64,000 nucleotides of DNA from Raillietiella orientalis (Eukaryota), in assembly GCA_036172245.1 (NCBI GenBank), contig JAYWIR010000017.1, positions 2,604,001 through 2,668,000 of the forward strand, in the 5' to 3' direction. Under the pieces are notes generated by a model. It saw only the letters and a list, made by a program, of their open reading frames with translations. It ran no database searches and was not told the origin of the DNA. The stretch's first letter is position 1. Each line of letters starts with the position of its first letter. The position numbers and the translations under genes are program-made. Below, piece after piece: positions 22,900-35,750 of the stretch.

Positions 22900-25600
22900 G
22901 CAGGATGCACATAGGGAAGAAATCGCACAGTCATCAAAAACGGAGGAATTCTTAGAGAAAACGAGGTGGGACTCAGGATTCAACCAGGAGAAAGGACCCG
23001 CAGCTTTTCTGCATCCGCTCTTTGAACATCACCGATGATCTGCTGGGTATCAAAGAAGATGGGTCAGGTGGAATCAAGATTGAGGTTTTCATCCAGCAAA
23101 AAATCAGTCCCTGTTAGAGGGACTGCTTTTGCAGTCCATCTGTGGTATGAGAGCGTTCTTGACGATCAACAGAGCTGGCCTCTGGCACCAAGAGCTGCAA
23201 GGCAGTGAATATCTTTCTCACCCTACATACCCAGCTGGAAGATTTGTATTGAGATGGCAAGAGCGTACGTGGATAAGTTGACCAAGGCTTGGTCATCGAC
23301 AGTTGCAAGCAACCAGAATCATACTGCAACTTTAGCTGCATCCATCATTCATAGTGTTAAAAAGCAAAGTCTGTGTTTTCTGTTCTGTGCTGAAACTGTG
23401 AATTCCATAAATCATTCATGTTTTCTTCTCAGCTTCCATGCACAATGTGTAATCTTCCGATGCTTTTGAAGTCAAATGTTTTGTTGGACCATGCTATCGG
23501 TCATGGATGTTTGATCTTTCACGGTTTCTTTTGTGTTCTTCTGGAAAATCTCTCAAACGAATCGCACAAAGTCAACCTTTGTAGGATACAGCGTCAGCAT
23601 CCAGCCCGCCGAAAGTATCCTTGGCTAGCTGGAGAATGGAATGTCTGCTTGTCTGATTCTGAGATTCCAAGAGTCTTATCGCCTTCCTCCTGGGGGATTT
23701 TGGGGGACAAGTATTCCCTATGGATCTGTGCTTTCATCCTCCTGCAAACACCTTACACACTTGCATGGATTTTCATTTATGCAGCCACGGAAAGCAAATT
23801 ATCAGTTCCACATTCCTAGAGCATGCATGCGCTGACCAGTAATTATGAAACCTCGGAAAATTTCTTCATCATCTCATTACAAGAGAGGACCAGACTTGCT
23901 AGCGATTAGGACGTCATGGCTTCAGCATTCTTCCATCTCAATCAACCTTTTCTTCTGCTTGAATTCTTTTCCCTTCCATTTTCTAGCATTTTCTAGAGCT
24001 GCTATGCACAGAGTGCGTGCAGAATAAGCATCTGATGTGTGGAAACACACGCGCAAACAAGCCTTCACATATTTCATATTGCACGTTTGCAGCCGCGTGC
24101 ATGTGTATCCACGTGCATATTCACCTGTATGTAATATGACAAATTTGTCCTGGCATAGGGTATGCGTGAAAATGAGTGCATTTGTAGGCATGGGCACTGT
24201 GAATGCTTCCTTTCAGAGCTTTTTGTCTCCCAGGTAGGCCAGCGTGGAGTTCCTTGTGGAAAAGAGAAATCGATGCTACCTCCCTCGTTCTCATACATCA
24301 CTCCAGAAGTTTTTCCTGGTTGCAGAAATGCTGCAACTCCTGAAATAAAAGTCATTTTGAGCTCCTCTGTCTTTGTGAGCGATGGCTCACAGACAAGCGA
24401 ACCTTGAAGGTTCCAGAATATCGTGACGATCCTCTTTGTTTGAGATCTTCATCTACCTTTAGGTGTAGCATCTACCTTACTTTTAAAGTGAGGTAGATGG
24501 AGATCTTCAAACTAAACTGGTTGAGAATGTAGCCCTACTGCTCGGAAAGCTGAAGAAATCTGCTCTCTCACTCCCTCAGGAGTGATGGGACTCGAGAAAC
24601 GGATACAATTTCTCATCAATAAGGGACCATGGACGATTTCATCATTACAGGCTGCATAAGTTTTCAGATCGGTACAGTCAGGTGAGCGTACAAAAGGAAG
24701 CGTTAAAGAACTGAGGGATGTGGATGGGAAGTCCTCAGCTGGCTCTGATGGGACCCTGAGGTCATCCGAGCCGAAATTTCTGAAGTGGTACTCGTGGGCA
24801 CAGATCGAATGTCACGGATGTTGTGCGATCTTATCCGACATGTTGCACCGATTCCAGGGCAGTGGATGAAATGGAACTTCGCCTGGATATGTGTGTTGCA
24901 ACCGAAAAGTGGCTCAGTGCCACAAAAATGATATCACTGCAATGGTTGATGGACTTGAAGGCTCTGTCGCAAAAGAGTTTCTTCTCAGAGAACAGCGATG
25001 AGACTTCTGATGAGAAGCATCCCTGAGGATGAATTTCTTCTCATGCTAGCTTATTGTTTTCCTTTCCGAAAGTTGTCCAGTCTGTTTTCGGAGCCATGAA
25101 GAGCCCTATCCCAGTTGGGATGCGTCAGCCAGAAGTACGGCGGAACGAGTGGCAGCCACATTACAGAACAAGAGGGAGGCCTTAGATATGATGTTAACAA
25201 AGAGTCAGCACTCAAAGACTGAAGACACTGCTTTGTCAACGAAGGTGGCAATACACAAGCTGTGGAGAAACGCCTCCACAGGAGATGCTGAGGTGCTGGA
25301 CCTCTTCTCAGACTACCGGGTGATTAAATTATGGAAACTTCGTAAAGGGTAAAGTCGCAGAAAAGATCGCAGAGTAAAGAGAGATTTAAGGATCTTCGGA
25401 CGCAGGCACGCTGCTTAAGCAGCTAGAATGTGTGGAAAGACAACAACGGATCGAATGTTATTAGAGAACTGATTCTTGCATTTGCGAGCCATGCCGGATG
25501 CAGGAAGACTGGATTTCTCATGAGACTGGGGATGATGGAACCTAGAAAATAATGAGTTCGTGATGAATTCCTAGGCACTCAGCGTTTGCGGGGCATGCTT
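22900..25600 (+). mobile_element. Mosaic of RTE-like LINE fragments (endonuclease, RT N-terminus, C-terminus)
   Basis: KEDGSGGIKIE (~KAPGPDGI, ~23055), KAWSST (~23285), LDMCVATEKW (~LDxxxLSETW, ~24890), ALDMML...EVLDLFSDYRVI (~IDYIL...SDHRLV, 25180-25325), and an xAGTLL-like (~WAGH) segment near 25400. Scrambled order implies several fragments. Confidence 0.45.
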
Positions 25601-26299
25601 TGGACGCGCACCTGCTGGACCATCAGCTGTGACAAGCGAGCTTCATGTTAGCGGGGACCAGGAACGACTTGAAGACTGGTGGAACCGTGGAGGAAGCGTG
25701 GATATGGTGGAGAGTTCCCAGTCAATGTCTACTGTGATGCATCTGTTATGATTTTGTGCACCTGGATGCGAATGCTTGAACACACAAAATGCATCTGGAT
25801 GGGCTAACCAGGTCAAATGGACCACGAGCAGGAAACTGCTGCTGTACTTTGCCTTCCAGACTCGAGTTGTTCTGCCTCACAGGCTTAGCTCCTCTTTCCG
25901 AAGAAACTGCCAAGGAACTGCCACATCACAATACCTTTCAGAGTTCAAATAGAATCCACTTTTAAGGTGGAAATCGGAGTGTGTGTTTCCTGTTATTTGA
26001 CTGGATAAGCGTTGAGGAAGTGTTTTCTAATGCATTAAGGAAGATTGGAAAGGAACAAACTTGAGGGCGGCCCCAAGGTGTTTCCCACTGACTAGATCAG
26101 GGAAAACAATTCCAGGGCGTATTTCCGGGAAAGTGCTGTAGGGGAGAGGCTAAGTTTAACGAGCGGGTCATCGGACATTCATTGCTCCCAAAAAATGCGA
26201 AAAGAAATAACAAAAAAAAAAAGCACGCGTGCTGCTGCTTCCGATTAGCCGGAACGGCTCGCCATCTGACACGAGATGCACTTGGACTGCTCAGAATCC

Positions 26300-29050
26300 G
26301 CTGTCTGAGCGGTTCTCCCGGATTTTCTGACTGCCCCTAAGTTCTCTCCAGAGAGTGATGATGCAAGGAGGTGCGAAATGTCCAAATGAAGCAAATCCGA
26401 GCCAGCAAGCTTCGAGGGCGGGAGGTCGAAAAGGAGAAAACCAGAAGTATGACGTGAGCGTGGCAAGGAGTTCCCTCTGGAGCAAGAAAAGACAGAGAAG
26501 GATCGCTGCAGGAGATGCGGACGGGCAGCAGAGGGTTGAACGGCCGTCATGCGGAGGCTCCGGTAGCATCGCGATCTCATCTCCCTAGCTGGCTTCGAAG
26601 AGGGACAATCGAAAGAGATTCAGTAGACAGACCGCAGTCCGATAATGATGTTTGATTGATTTGGACCGGAAAGTAAATTCCGGGAACGGTCCGGCACCTC
26701 ACTCATCTTTCCTCTCCTCTTTGCTCGCGCTGTTCTCTAGTGGACTCTGTAGGAAATCTCTTCGAAGGAAATCCACGCGCTTGGATTTTGCAGGTCCATT
26801 TCACCTCCTTCCTTTCACTCAGTGTGGTTTCCTTCCGCCTCCCTTCCTTCCCTCCTGGAGACTTGCTGCTGCAACTCCGAGTTATCTCTTCCGCGAGTGG
26901 AACATGGAGCTCCCTCAGGTGCTCTTACAAGGCACCTACTCCAATCCAGCCACCTGGAACTCATGCTGCGCTGTTCCCAACTCGAAAAAGATCCAGGCAG
27001 GGTTGCCCCTTTCGAACTCACTTCGAATCATAAGGAGTCCTGCGACGGACGCATCGGTGTGGATGGAGGATGTTTCTGCACTCGGGTGTAGGTTGCTACC
27101 GATCCGAAATCGACCTTAACTTTGACTTCCTTCGGAGCGCGGTCCACCTGATTCCTCTTGTTCACCTCACCCTGAAGGCATCCGCGAGGTCCATGGCACG
27201 GATTCTGAAGTCGTGCGAGTTTCTTCTCATGTCACCCAGATGTGGCTGCAGAGCAAAGGCGTGTTCCATACATCTGTCAAAGGATGCGAAAAAGACCTTC
27301 CCCCCTTTCCTTCGGGAAGGCCACCTTCTGACCCACCGTTATGTCGCGGAACCTGAGAGAGGCAGAGATTTCTCCTAAAGTCTGTGCATGCAGCCTCTGA
27401 TGGATGCTAGTCTCAGGTCCCGGATACATCTTGACGCCGAGGAGCAATCGTACCATAATGTTTGCATCACCAAGGTTCTCTTCTTTCACAGGCAGGTGTT
27501 AAAAGTAGGAGTCGTCAAGTCAGCTGTGTGTATTTTCATTACGGCCAGGAGAGGACCACTCTGTTCTCTTCCAGTGGATGCAGAGAGTCTACTGGGGGAG
27601 CCGAATTCTTTCCTCCGATTTTAGTATATGTACCGTCGAAGCAGGTACCGATGGTGGTGTTGAGCGTCCAGCTCTGCGCCCGCCATGAGTGTGACCTCTA
27701 ATGCCTGTGCTAAGTCTTTTGCATTAGGCAGCTAGTAAGCCTGCAAAAACAGGCTCATTCTTCGTCTCCGGTCGGCTCTCGTGAAACTCCTGGATTTCAG
27801 CCTCGGCGGCAGGATCGGTGTACCTCCGACGGACCTATTCTTCGCTCTCCAAGGCTTTCACTTTCAACCTTCCTCAAGACCACGGTTCTAAAGTAAATTT
27901 CACAGGGGATATATTCGTTGAATGGTCCAGGGTACACCGACTCCCAACATCAGGTCATCCTATTTTGGATTGCTTCAAATGATTTTAGTGGCTCTGGTTG
28001 TTGCACAGCCTCTTCGTTCTTTTGCGCGATGTGTATTTTCCTGCTCTCGTTCAGGAATTTCATCCTTTCATTCACATCGCTTGCTGCTTTCTCTGTACCT
28101 CTTTTCTTTCTCTGACGACGCAACATTTGATCTTTGCCCGAGATGTGCCATTCGCCTTCGACGTTCTTCCAGCTTCCTCAGGACAGGGCTTTTTTTCTCA
28201 TGATGACTGCCCAGATATTCCGCTCCTCTCCGAACGGAAGTGTTCTTGGGGTAATCCTGAAGAAGATTCAGACACTCCTCCCTCCGCTGACGATGACGAG
28301 GGATTCTCGGAACGCACCAAGAATTTCAACTTCCGTCTGCTGGCTGCCATGTTTCCGTAGTAACACCTGAAGGTGTTTGCAAAGATGAACACTCTGAGCG
28401 GCGATCTTCGGATCGGCGCTTGGTGGAGGATGAAAGCTGATTGCTTCTATCTCCCACACCAGTAGGCGTCGAAGAGGACAGGAAAGCGAAGAAAGCAATC
28501 TGAAGACAGCACCTGAGATGCTTCTAGATTGTGGACTGTGACATCCACTTCAGCTTCCATGCAGCTCCAGAGCGGCGCGAGAAACGAGCTCAAACGCGCC
28601 AAATGTTGCCTTTTACTCTTTTCTTGCTTCGAGCTTTTAGGCAGGCATAGGACACCGTGACGGTTTTCAAGAGAGCAGGTCGGTGGTGCTTTTTTTTCCT
28701 TGTAGCCATACAAAGCCTCGTGTATGTGGCGTAACCTTCAGCTTCGTCACAACGTTTCTCGCGGCTGCATCTCCCAGATCAAGGCACAGCTCTTCCGCTG
28801 TGGCCGAGGTAACTGCTCATCTTCATGAGCGTTTAGTTTTTTGTTCATTCCCCCCCCTCCCCCGCTTCCTCCCCCTTCCTGGTAATCCCTCGTGAACCTC
28901 CTTGCCTGCTCATGGACCACCCTGCCCATCGCTTCTCCCGTCTCTCTCTCTTCATTCGATGTAATTTTCGTGTTGACTCCGTAAATGCCTCCTAACGAGA
29001 GCACAACACCAGCGATCCTCTTTCCAATCTTCGCTGTCTCCAAGTTCTTT
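26300..29050 (-). mobile_element. L1/Tx1-like relic: ORF1, endonuclease and linker
   Basis: LSLGGIYGV and YGYKEKKAPPTCSLENRHG (ORF1 region leading into the zinc knuckle, 28650-29000), then decayed endonuclease motifs at about 27090-27520. Confidence 0.45.
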
Positions 29051-29099
29051 AACCTCTGACAGGAATTAATGGGCTGTCATGAGGTTGTGCTCCGATGAT

Positions 29100-30170
29100 G
29101 AATTCTCTGCAGCCTTTTTTGCTAGCACAAGACGAGAAGGGCTGTTGAAACAGTGGAATAAGCTCGAATGAGCAGGGCATTACTTGTCAGAAGCGCCAGC
29201 GGCGGCGCCTTCAAGGAGGCGACTCCGTCATCGCGCGTCGACCCAGAACCGCGGTCCAGGTGTTCGGAAGAGTTGAAAGGCGTTGCCTGCTCGGCGGGAA
29301 GAGAGCGTTTCACGGATCAGCTCACGGATCGTCCGCCGAAGAGCGGTTATGCTGTCTGTGAAGCAACGTGGGCCGATTGGGGAAGTGGAAGAAAGATGCA
29401 TCAATCAACAAGCGAAAACCTCATCTTCGAAACAGCCACCCTCCCTGTACATCTGCGCATCGAGCAAAGAGCTTGCTTTTTCTGGATTCACAATAGTCGA
29501 ATTTCTCTTCCTGTTTCCCTGGAGACGGGAGCCCGTGATGGATCCCATCCGGAGAAGAGGTGCGTGTGGTGGTTGCCAAGAGCAGAAGCTCTCCTCAAGA
29601 AGAACCGGAACTTCCGCTCGATACCGGTAGAGAGCAGCAACAGAACTCTGAAGGGCTTCCGGTAAAGAACCGCAGGAAATGGTGTCAGAAAGCTCGCCAA
29701 GTAGGTTCCCTGGAAGTCTGGAACATTCCGAAGAGATCCCTTGAGCGCGCTGCGCGTCCACCCGCCTCCGCCGCCTCCCAGTTACAGTGGGAAAGAAAGC
29801 AGTGAGTGCTTTCCGCCCACGAGGAGACCTTGGTGCGCACCGGTCCCAGAAAGGGGAGCAGGAGCTGATCACAGTGTTTATCCAGGGAATCAACACCTAA
29901 TTACGTTCACCGATGCGGATTCCGTAGCGGAACAAACTCTCAGAATACAGAATGGATCGCCCAAAGGATCATTATTGACCGAAAGTGAGACGAAATGCGC
30001 TTGAGGGCATCTTCTTCGCTTACGGAGGATTTCCTCTTTTTTTTTCCCCCAGTTATAGGAAGCAGGAAGGACGCCAGTAGGCACCCTAAAAGCAAAAAGC
30101 GAGCGAGTTGATGAACGCCACCAGTCCTCGTTTCTGAGTAAAGGGACTCCTTTGGTGGGGTGACCTGCTT
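29100..30170 (-). mobile_element. L1/Tx1-like relic, 5' region and ORF1
   Basis: ASVNVIR..IPWINTVISSCSPFW...FFPTVTGRRRRRV resembles the Tx1/L1 ORF1 RRM segment (VxVxxxPxxIxxxxIxxxLSxFG...TGxR). Begins directly after the 3' motif at 30173-30205. Confidence 0.5.
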
Positions 30171-30172
30171 GG

Positions 30173-30850
30173 TTTATCACCCGATCACACCGGAACTTTT
30201 ATTATAAAAATAAAAAACTTACATATGTAGGGCCATCGGTCCTACATTGCCCGCAAAGGCTCGGAGCCTGCCGAGTAACCGGCACGCAGGTCGGCGAGGT
30301 TCGCCTTGGCAGAGGAGGGAGAGAGAGCGAACAAAAATAAAAATAAAACGAAAAAATATATACGAAAAATTGGGAGGGTTAGGGAAGGGATGACCAGGAG
30401 CTAGAGGGCGTCCTCTGCATCCTTTCCGGGATGCCGGCAAGTTCCCTCTGAGTAGGCCCCAGGTGGGGCCCCATCTACTTGCCGTCCTCAGTGGCTAGGT
30501 TCTTTGCGTTCACTCACACGCGGTGGGTTGCACGATGACGTCCAGCAGCGAGCGGCTGCTGTAGAAGGGAGTGATGCAGTCGCCGCCGCATCTCCGAACT
30601 CGCTTCGTTGTTCATGGCCCACGTGAGGACGGTTTCCTGCAGCCAGGCATTACCGTTCGTGGGCCGGCAGGAGATCCAGGTGCTCGTTCTGGTCAGCTTA
30701 GCCACTCGCCGGAGCTTTAGTCTCGATAGTGTGCCCCCCGAAGAACTGGCGGTCCCTTGTCTTTGCGTGGACACCTCCGTGTTCCCGCTAGTTTGGAAAC
30801 ATAGCTTCATCTGCCAGAAGTCGCTAGGGAGATCGCCACCATACACAGCC
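30173..30850 (-). mobile_element. L1/Tx1-like 3' end (ORF2 C-terminus, 3'UTR, terminal motif), subfamily 1
   Basis: ORF end ELAGIPERMQRTPSSSWSSLP*, T-rich UTR, AATAAA and terminal hairpin. Homologous to 51173-52380, 33796-34070 and 59590-59875. Confidence 0.7.
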
Positions 30851-30858
30851 TCTTTTAA

Positions 30859-32125
30859 CCTGTTAAGAGAGTTTGACGTGTATGTATGTACACGTTTTGC
30901 GAAGGCGCCACTTTGGTGCGTTTGACAGATATACACACCGTGTGAAAAAGGAAAAATTACCCTTTGCCATCAAAATACGAAATTTGAGCAAAAAGTTGGA
31001 ACCATCTCGTTTATTTTACTTATATTCTGATTGGGACTGCAATGTGCAAAATGTCCTTATTCATTTTTTTATCAAAACACTTTTGAAGTGCCAAGTAAAC
31101 AAAAAATTCTTCTTTTTCTTTTTACATAATTGAAGCTCTAATTGAGGAAAATGATTTTCCTCAATGAAGGCTTCAAATGATCAGTTTGGGCAAAAAGTGA
31201 TCCATGTAGGATTGAACGCAATTCCTGGTCAACAGTTGCAGTTCCCAGAAAACCAAGAAAGAAATGCTCACTTGGTTTGTATGAATTTCTGGATAAGAAA
31301 CCAATGTCCATAATTGTGAAAGGGACTAATTTGTATGCAGGGCAATATGTGGAAATTCATTCGTTGAAGAAACGATCAAGGACGAGAAATTGGAATCGGA
31401 CAAACAACACGGAGATGAAATGTTTCCATCTCAAGACTGATATTTGCAAGGGGTTGCCAGAAAGCCAAAACTTGAGCTGCATTCCTCTAAAAGAAAAGAC
31501 ATATCCACTCCTTTCTTTAGCAAAGTGATGTCCCACCACAGACTTTTGCTGCTTTGCAAATTGATTCGTTCCGAAGATGACCAGAACATGAATTGAAGGA
31601 GCAAAATTTCTAAAACTGAAACTGCTTGGAAGAATATTCGACATAATTGCAAAATTTTTGTATATTCCAGAACAAGGCATTTGTGATGACGAATCCTCGC
31701 TGTCATGGAAAGGGCGACCGTCTCGGAAGCAGTACGTACACCTTCTAAAAGGAGTCGTTTGGGAATGGGACTTCTTGTGCGAAGGTCAATCTGGATACGT
31801 TTGGAATTTCTGTGCATACATCGGCAAAAATACAGAACGAGGTCAAAATCATTCTCAGCTTAAGACAGCGACTCTCATCGTTCTTCAACTTTCTCATCAC
31901 CTGTTAGGCCATGAGAAGACAATTTCTTATGAGTCTTTTTTATTTTTCCCATGTATGAAGCTACAATAACGGAATTTTTATGCTCAATTTTTTTTTCTTT
32001 TTTTTTTTCATTGAAATTTACAATAGATACATTTTCTGTGCGTTTGACTTATATACACTTTTTCGCCAATTTCAAGTATGCACCCACGGGTAGACTTTGT
32101 TAAAAAAAACTACTTGCTTAACAGG
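30859..32125 (+). mobile_element. piggyBac-superfamily DNA transposon, internally deleted and non-autonomous
   Basis: TTAA(30855-30858)|CCTGTTAAG ... CTTAACAGG|TTAA(32126-32129) gives perfect terminal inverted repeats with a TTAA target duplication. A subterminal motif GCGTTTGACnnATATACAC occurs at about 30918 and 32040. A transposase remnant lies inside. Confidence 0.92.
31270..31969 (+). pseudogene. piggyBac (PGBD4-like) transposase pseudogene, N-terminal half
   Basis: Fragments YEFLDKKPMSIIVKGTNLYAGQY...SRTRNW..TNNTEMKCF and YIPEQGICDDESSLSWKGRPSRKQY...LCEGQSGYVWNFCAYIGK match the IVxxTNxYA and DES/WKGR/SGYVWNF motifs of piggyBac DDD transposases. Contains stops and frameshifts; the C-terminal half is absent. 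Confidence 0.9.
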
Positions 32126-32189
32126 TTAAAGAGGGAACTTCACATACCAAAGACGCCTGTCGCCAACCTCCCGTCTTTTTTTTCTTTTT

Positions 32190-32372
32190 CTTTATTGTCC
32201 CTTCCCTCCGTTCCCTACTTTTTGAAAGCCGTCCTGCGTGCCGGTGGTTATCCCGGATGAACTTCTTTTTTTTTTTTTTGTCAACTCTTGTTCTTTGAGG
32301 GGATGCTCTTCTTCCCCTCAAATTTGTGGTTGGTTTTTCGAAATAAACGTCCCCGCTTGGGTCAGGTCAAAA
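32190..32372 (+). mobile_element. L1/Tx1-like 3'UTR fragment, subfamily 2
   Basis: Shares CCGTTCC, TTATCCCGGA, GAACTTCTTTT and AATAAACG-CCCCG blocks with the UTRs at about 47780-47935 and 54400-54560. Confidence 0.5.
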
Positions 32373-32399
32373 CCTAAGAGCAAAAAGGCCATTTCCTCC

Positions 32400-33750
32400 G
32401 TGCGGTTTCGAAAGAGCGAGGAGCCAATTCATCACCTCTTGAAGTCTCAGTTCGATCTTCTGCTGCAGAGCTGGCGAGCTGCTTCGACAGAGTTGATCTG
32501 CATGTCATCGGAGCAGTCCCTGACTTGACACGAAATGGTAAAGTCTTCAAAGAGTCTGACCACGGCACTTTCGCGCGACCTGACCTGCCAACCGCTCGCA
32601 TTCGTCTCGGGTCTGCGGAGATCTCTTCAAACTGCAGGTGCATTGCCGATTATTGGCCAGGGTCCATTTCCTTAATGGTTCCGAAAGATGGATTGCGTCA
32701 CAGACAGAACAAAAAATAAGAAATTGCATCAAGTCGAAGAAGTGCTGACCTCCCCCTCAAGCATTCCTCTGCACCCACGACGCCATGATTCCTTTAATTA
32801 GCATCTTCCCAGTCCATTTGCGAAAGCAATCCTCATTAAGAGAAGATACTCTGATGAGATTTGCTGCGCGATCTCGCAAAACCCAGCTTTCTGCTGTTCC
32901 CATCAGCGGCGCTTGCCACCAGGAAGCACGTGATGAATTGTGTGGGATGGATGGGGAGCCATCGCAGAGGCTTTCCGAAAATGATGGATGGCGAGTTCGG
33001 GATCGTGTAAACAAAAACCGGGTCCCTCCATCGGAGGACGTAGAGACGGCGAAGGTGCACGAAGGAGAGAAGAGATGCCGCCCACAAGCACCCCGGGATC
33101 ACACGGGAACGTTACGGGTAACAGGGACGCGTTTCGTCCTCCGAACACGGGTTTGCCGGTAGATCCGCGCGTCCCGGCCGTGTCCGTTTGGAGGAGGGCA
33201 AGTCCGGGGACGCGCGAGGCGAAACGATGCCCTCATCGGGTCATCGCCGACTTCTCTCTGTCTTCGGGCTCTTCGGCGCGTGCCTGGCACGTTCTCCAGG
33301 AGAGCTGCTAGCAGAAGGAATCTGCGTTCTTCCTTAGACCATCCGACTGATTCGCCCCTGTTCCGACTCTCGGCGGGCAGGGAGGTGGTCCTAGCATTGG
33401 AAGGATTACGGATTTTCAGTGGAGAAAGAGAAGCGGATGACCCTGCTGGGAGTACAGGGAGGGTTCACAGACATCCCGCATCGCTCTCCCCCGACCTCCG
33501 GTTGGGACACGCTGGAAGATCGAGCGGAAGGAAAGGAGACCGCGGATGCTTCAGAAGGTTGCGCATCCAGAAGACCGGCGGCGCAGGCCCGATTAGAACG
33601 ATTCGGCGACCCCCGAATCATCCTGCTGGAAAGAAAGCGCCTTGGGGAGGCCGAGCTCGAGAGAAAGGGGCTGCCTCAACCCATCTCCTCCGGATGCCAA
33701 GGAGGAGGAAGGGAAAAGGAAGGGGACGGGATGAAGAAGAGTTCGAAACG
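32400..33750 (-). mobile_element. L1/Tx1-like relic, endonuclease and linker
   Basis: ALSFQQDD (~IFLQET) near 33625 and PLRKWTLAN (~GxWKLN) near 32665. The start is homologous to the plus-strand endonuclease start at about 36690. Confidence 0.45.
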
Positions 33751-33795
33751 GAGAAAGGAAGGGGGAGGAGAAAAAAAGGGGAGAGGAGGAGGATC

Positions 33796-35750
33796 TTCCG
33801 GTCACGCCGGGGCGTTTTCCGAAAGAGCAAATCAAATTACCACCTGTGGTGAGTGGGGCACGCAGTCCCACCATGCCCGAATCTACAAGAAATCTGCCGG
33901 GTTGCGGCGCACAGATCGGCGAGGCTCACCTCAGCAGCTGTGAGGAGGGACAAAACCAAAAAGAAAATGGAAAAATAAATAAATAAGGAGCACACTCTAA
34001 GGGGGCACGGAGAGGGGTCACTGTCTGCTGGAGGGCATCCTCGGCATCCTATCCAGGATGCCGGCAAGTTGTTGGCATCCTGGCCCAGTCGTTGCTGGAG
34101 GAGGCACGCGTGCGGCCATTCCTACTGACTGGGCAAACTGGTCCGCAGAGACGTGTATCCCAGACAAGGAATCGGGAACGGACGAAACTCCGGTGTCAAA
34201 CAAACGGAGGCTCTGGCTGAACTCCGGAGCGATTGTGGCTCCTTCTGTTTCTTGGAGAGGGAAAGGTCGCACGTTCCCTGTAGGTGGCGCGCGTCCTCCT
34301 TGCGCGTTCCTCTCGTCGTTCGTTTTTGTGGACCAGTTGGAAAATGTTTCTCAGAATGAGGCGGAAGATGGATGTGCATTTGTCAGAGCCCTGGTCCCAC
34401 GAGATTGTGTCCAAGAGATGTCCCTTCCAGCAATCCAACCTCTGTCTGGACTGTGGCGACTAAGGTTCTTCTTGGACGCCTTCAGAAGAGCCGCTTCTCT
34501 TTTCCCCGCCGACAGCTCGTGATCTGTGATGTCGGAGGGTGCTCCGCGCTTTCCACTCGCAGTCCCCAAGAGGTCGCAGACCGCTGCGGCACCTCTGAGC
34601 TGCCTTCGGGGCGTGGGAAGCTTCAGAGATGAGTGCCTTCCTCTGAGCGGGCCCAACCCGGAAGCAGCGCGGGTCCTGACGGCTCTCACCCGACCTTCTC
34701 CTTCCCGGCTCCTCCCCCGAAAGCGACATCTTCATGATCTCGCGTTCTTCAGCACGTCTCTCCACCGGGAAGGGCATCCAACAGCAGGGATGTCAACATG
34801 TCTTGCATCGCAGACTCCAGAAGTCGTCTGCCACCTCCGGAGTTCCCGCTGTCCAAGGCAGTGCGTCACAGCTGGACTAGGTCGCGCCCCCGGCCACTTT
34901 TCCAGCCGGAGAGCGCCTGCGCTTCTCAGACTTCCTCCTCAGCCGCGAATCCTGCCTCGTTCCTCTTCTGGTCCGTGGAAGCAGCAGCCTGGAGGAAGGA
35001 AGGGGATCGCGCACATGGGCAGTCTGGACGAAGAGCCCGCTTCTGCGCCAGGAAGAGGGACACCCCTTTCGGGAACATCAGGAAGGCCACCCACATTCGG
35101 TGGGAGGGTTGGCTGCCAGACACGACCCTCCGTGCCAAGGGTGAACCGGACTGAGAAGCACAACAGGGTAGTCATCCTTGACGACTGTTGCTCCCTTCAG
35201 GAGTACGGCGGCAGAGTTCAAGGAAAGGACCGACGGAGTGTCCGAGGCAGGAAGGCACCTGGGGACTAGAAGGACGAAACGCCTCGAGACATCTCTCCTC
35301 TTGTCCTCCCTGGTTTCGGCGTGAGCACTGGCTGCTGTCGGATCCCTGGGGTCACGAGATATCAGCCAACGTCCGTGACCTGAGGGAGTTGGGATTGCTT
35401 TGATACACGCCGATGGGACGCGGAGAATTGTTGACTCCCTTCGAGCGTTTGGTGCGGCAAGGACTCCTACTGGATCCGTCGACTCGGCCAGGCGAAGGAC
35501 CGGACCACCTTGCGAAGACGCCTGCAAGGCTGCATGTCCTCCCATTCGGGTCCGCTGGGGGCAGCGGCTTTTCCTCTCCCTCCTTCCTTCTCATGCAGAA
35601 GGGAACCTCGTGACCCACCTCTTTTTTTCCGGAGAAGGAGAAGGAAGAGACGAGCGCGCACGCCGGTCCCACCCCCATCGGAGTCCCCTCCGGAGAGAGG
35701 AGACTTCCGTCACCACCACCCCTTTCCCCCACGGGCGCGGTAGAAGCTCA
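33796..35750 (-). mobile_element. L1/Tx1-like relic (endonuclease fragment, C-terminus, 3'UTR, terminal motif), subfamily 1
   Basis: GERGGGDGSLL (endonuclease), SLKLPTPRRQL...CDLLG...DITDH (zf-RVT-like), ORF end LAGILDRMPRMPSSRQ*, T-rich UTR, terminal AAAACGCCCCGGCGTGACCGGAAGA. Confidence 0.62.

Noticed and set aside
25007..25045. CTGATGA hammerhead-like start
   Set aside because: The following stem is not followed by GAAA; it is only a short imperfect inverted repeat.
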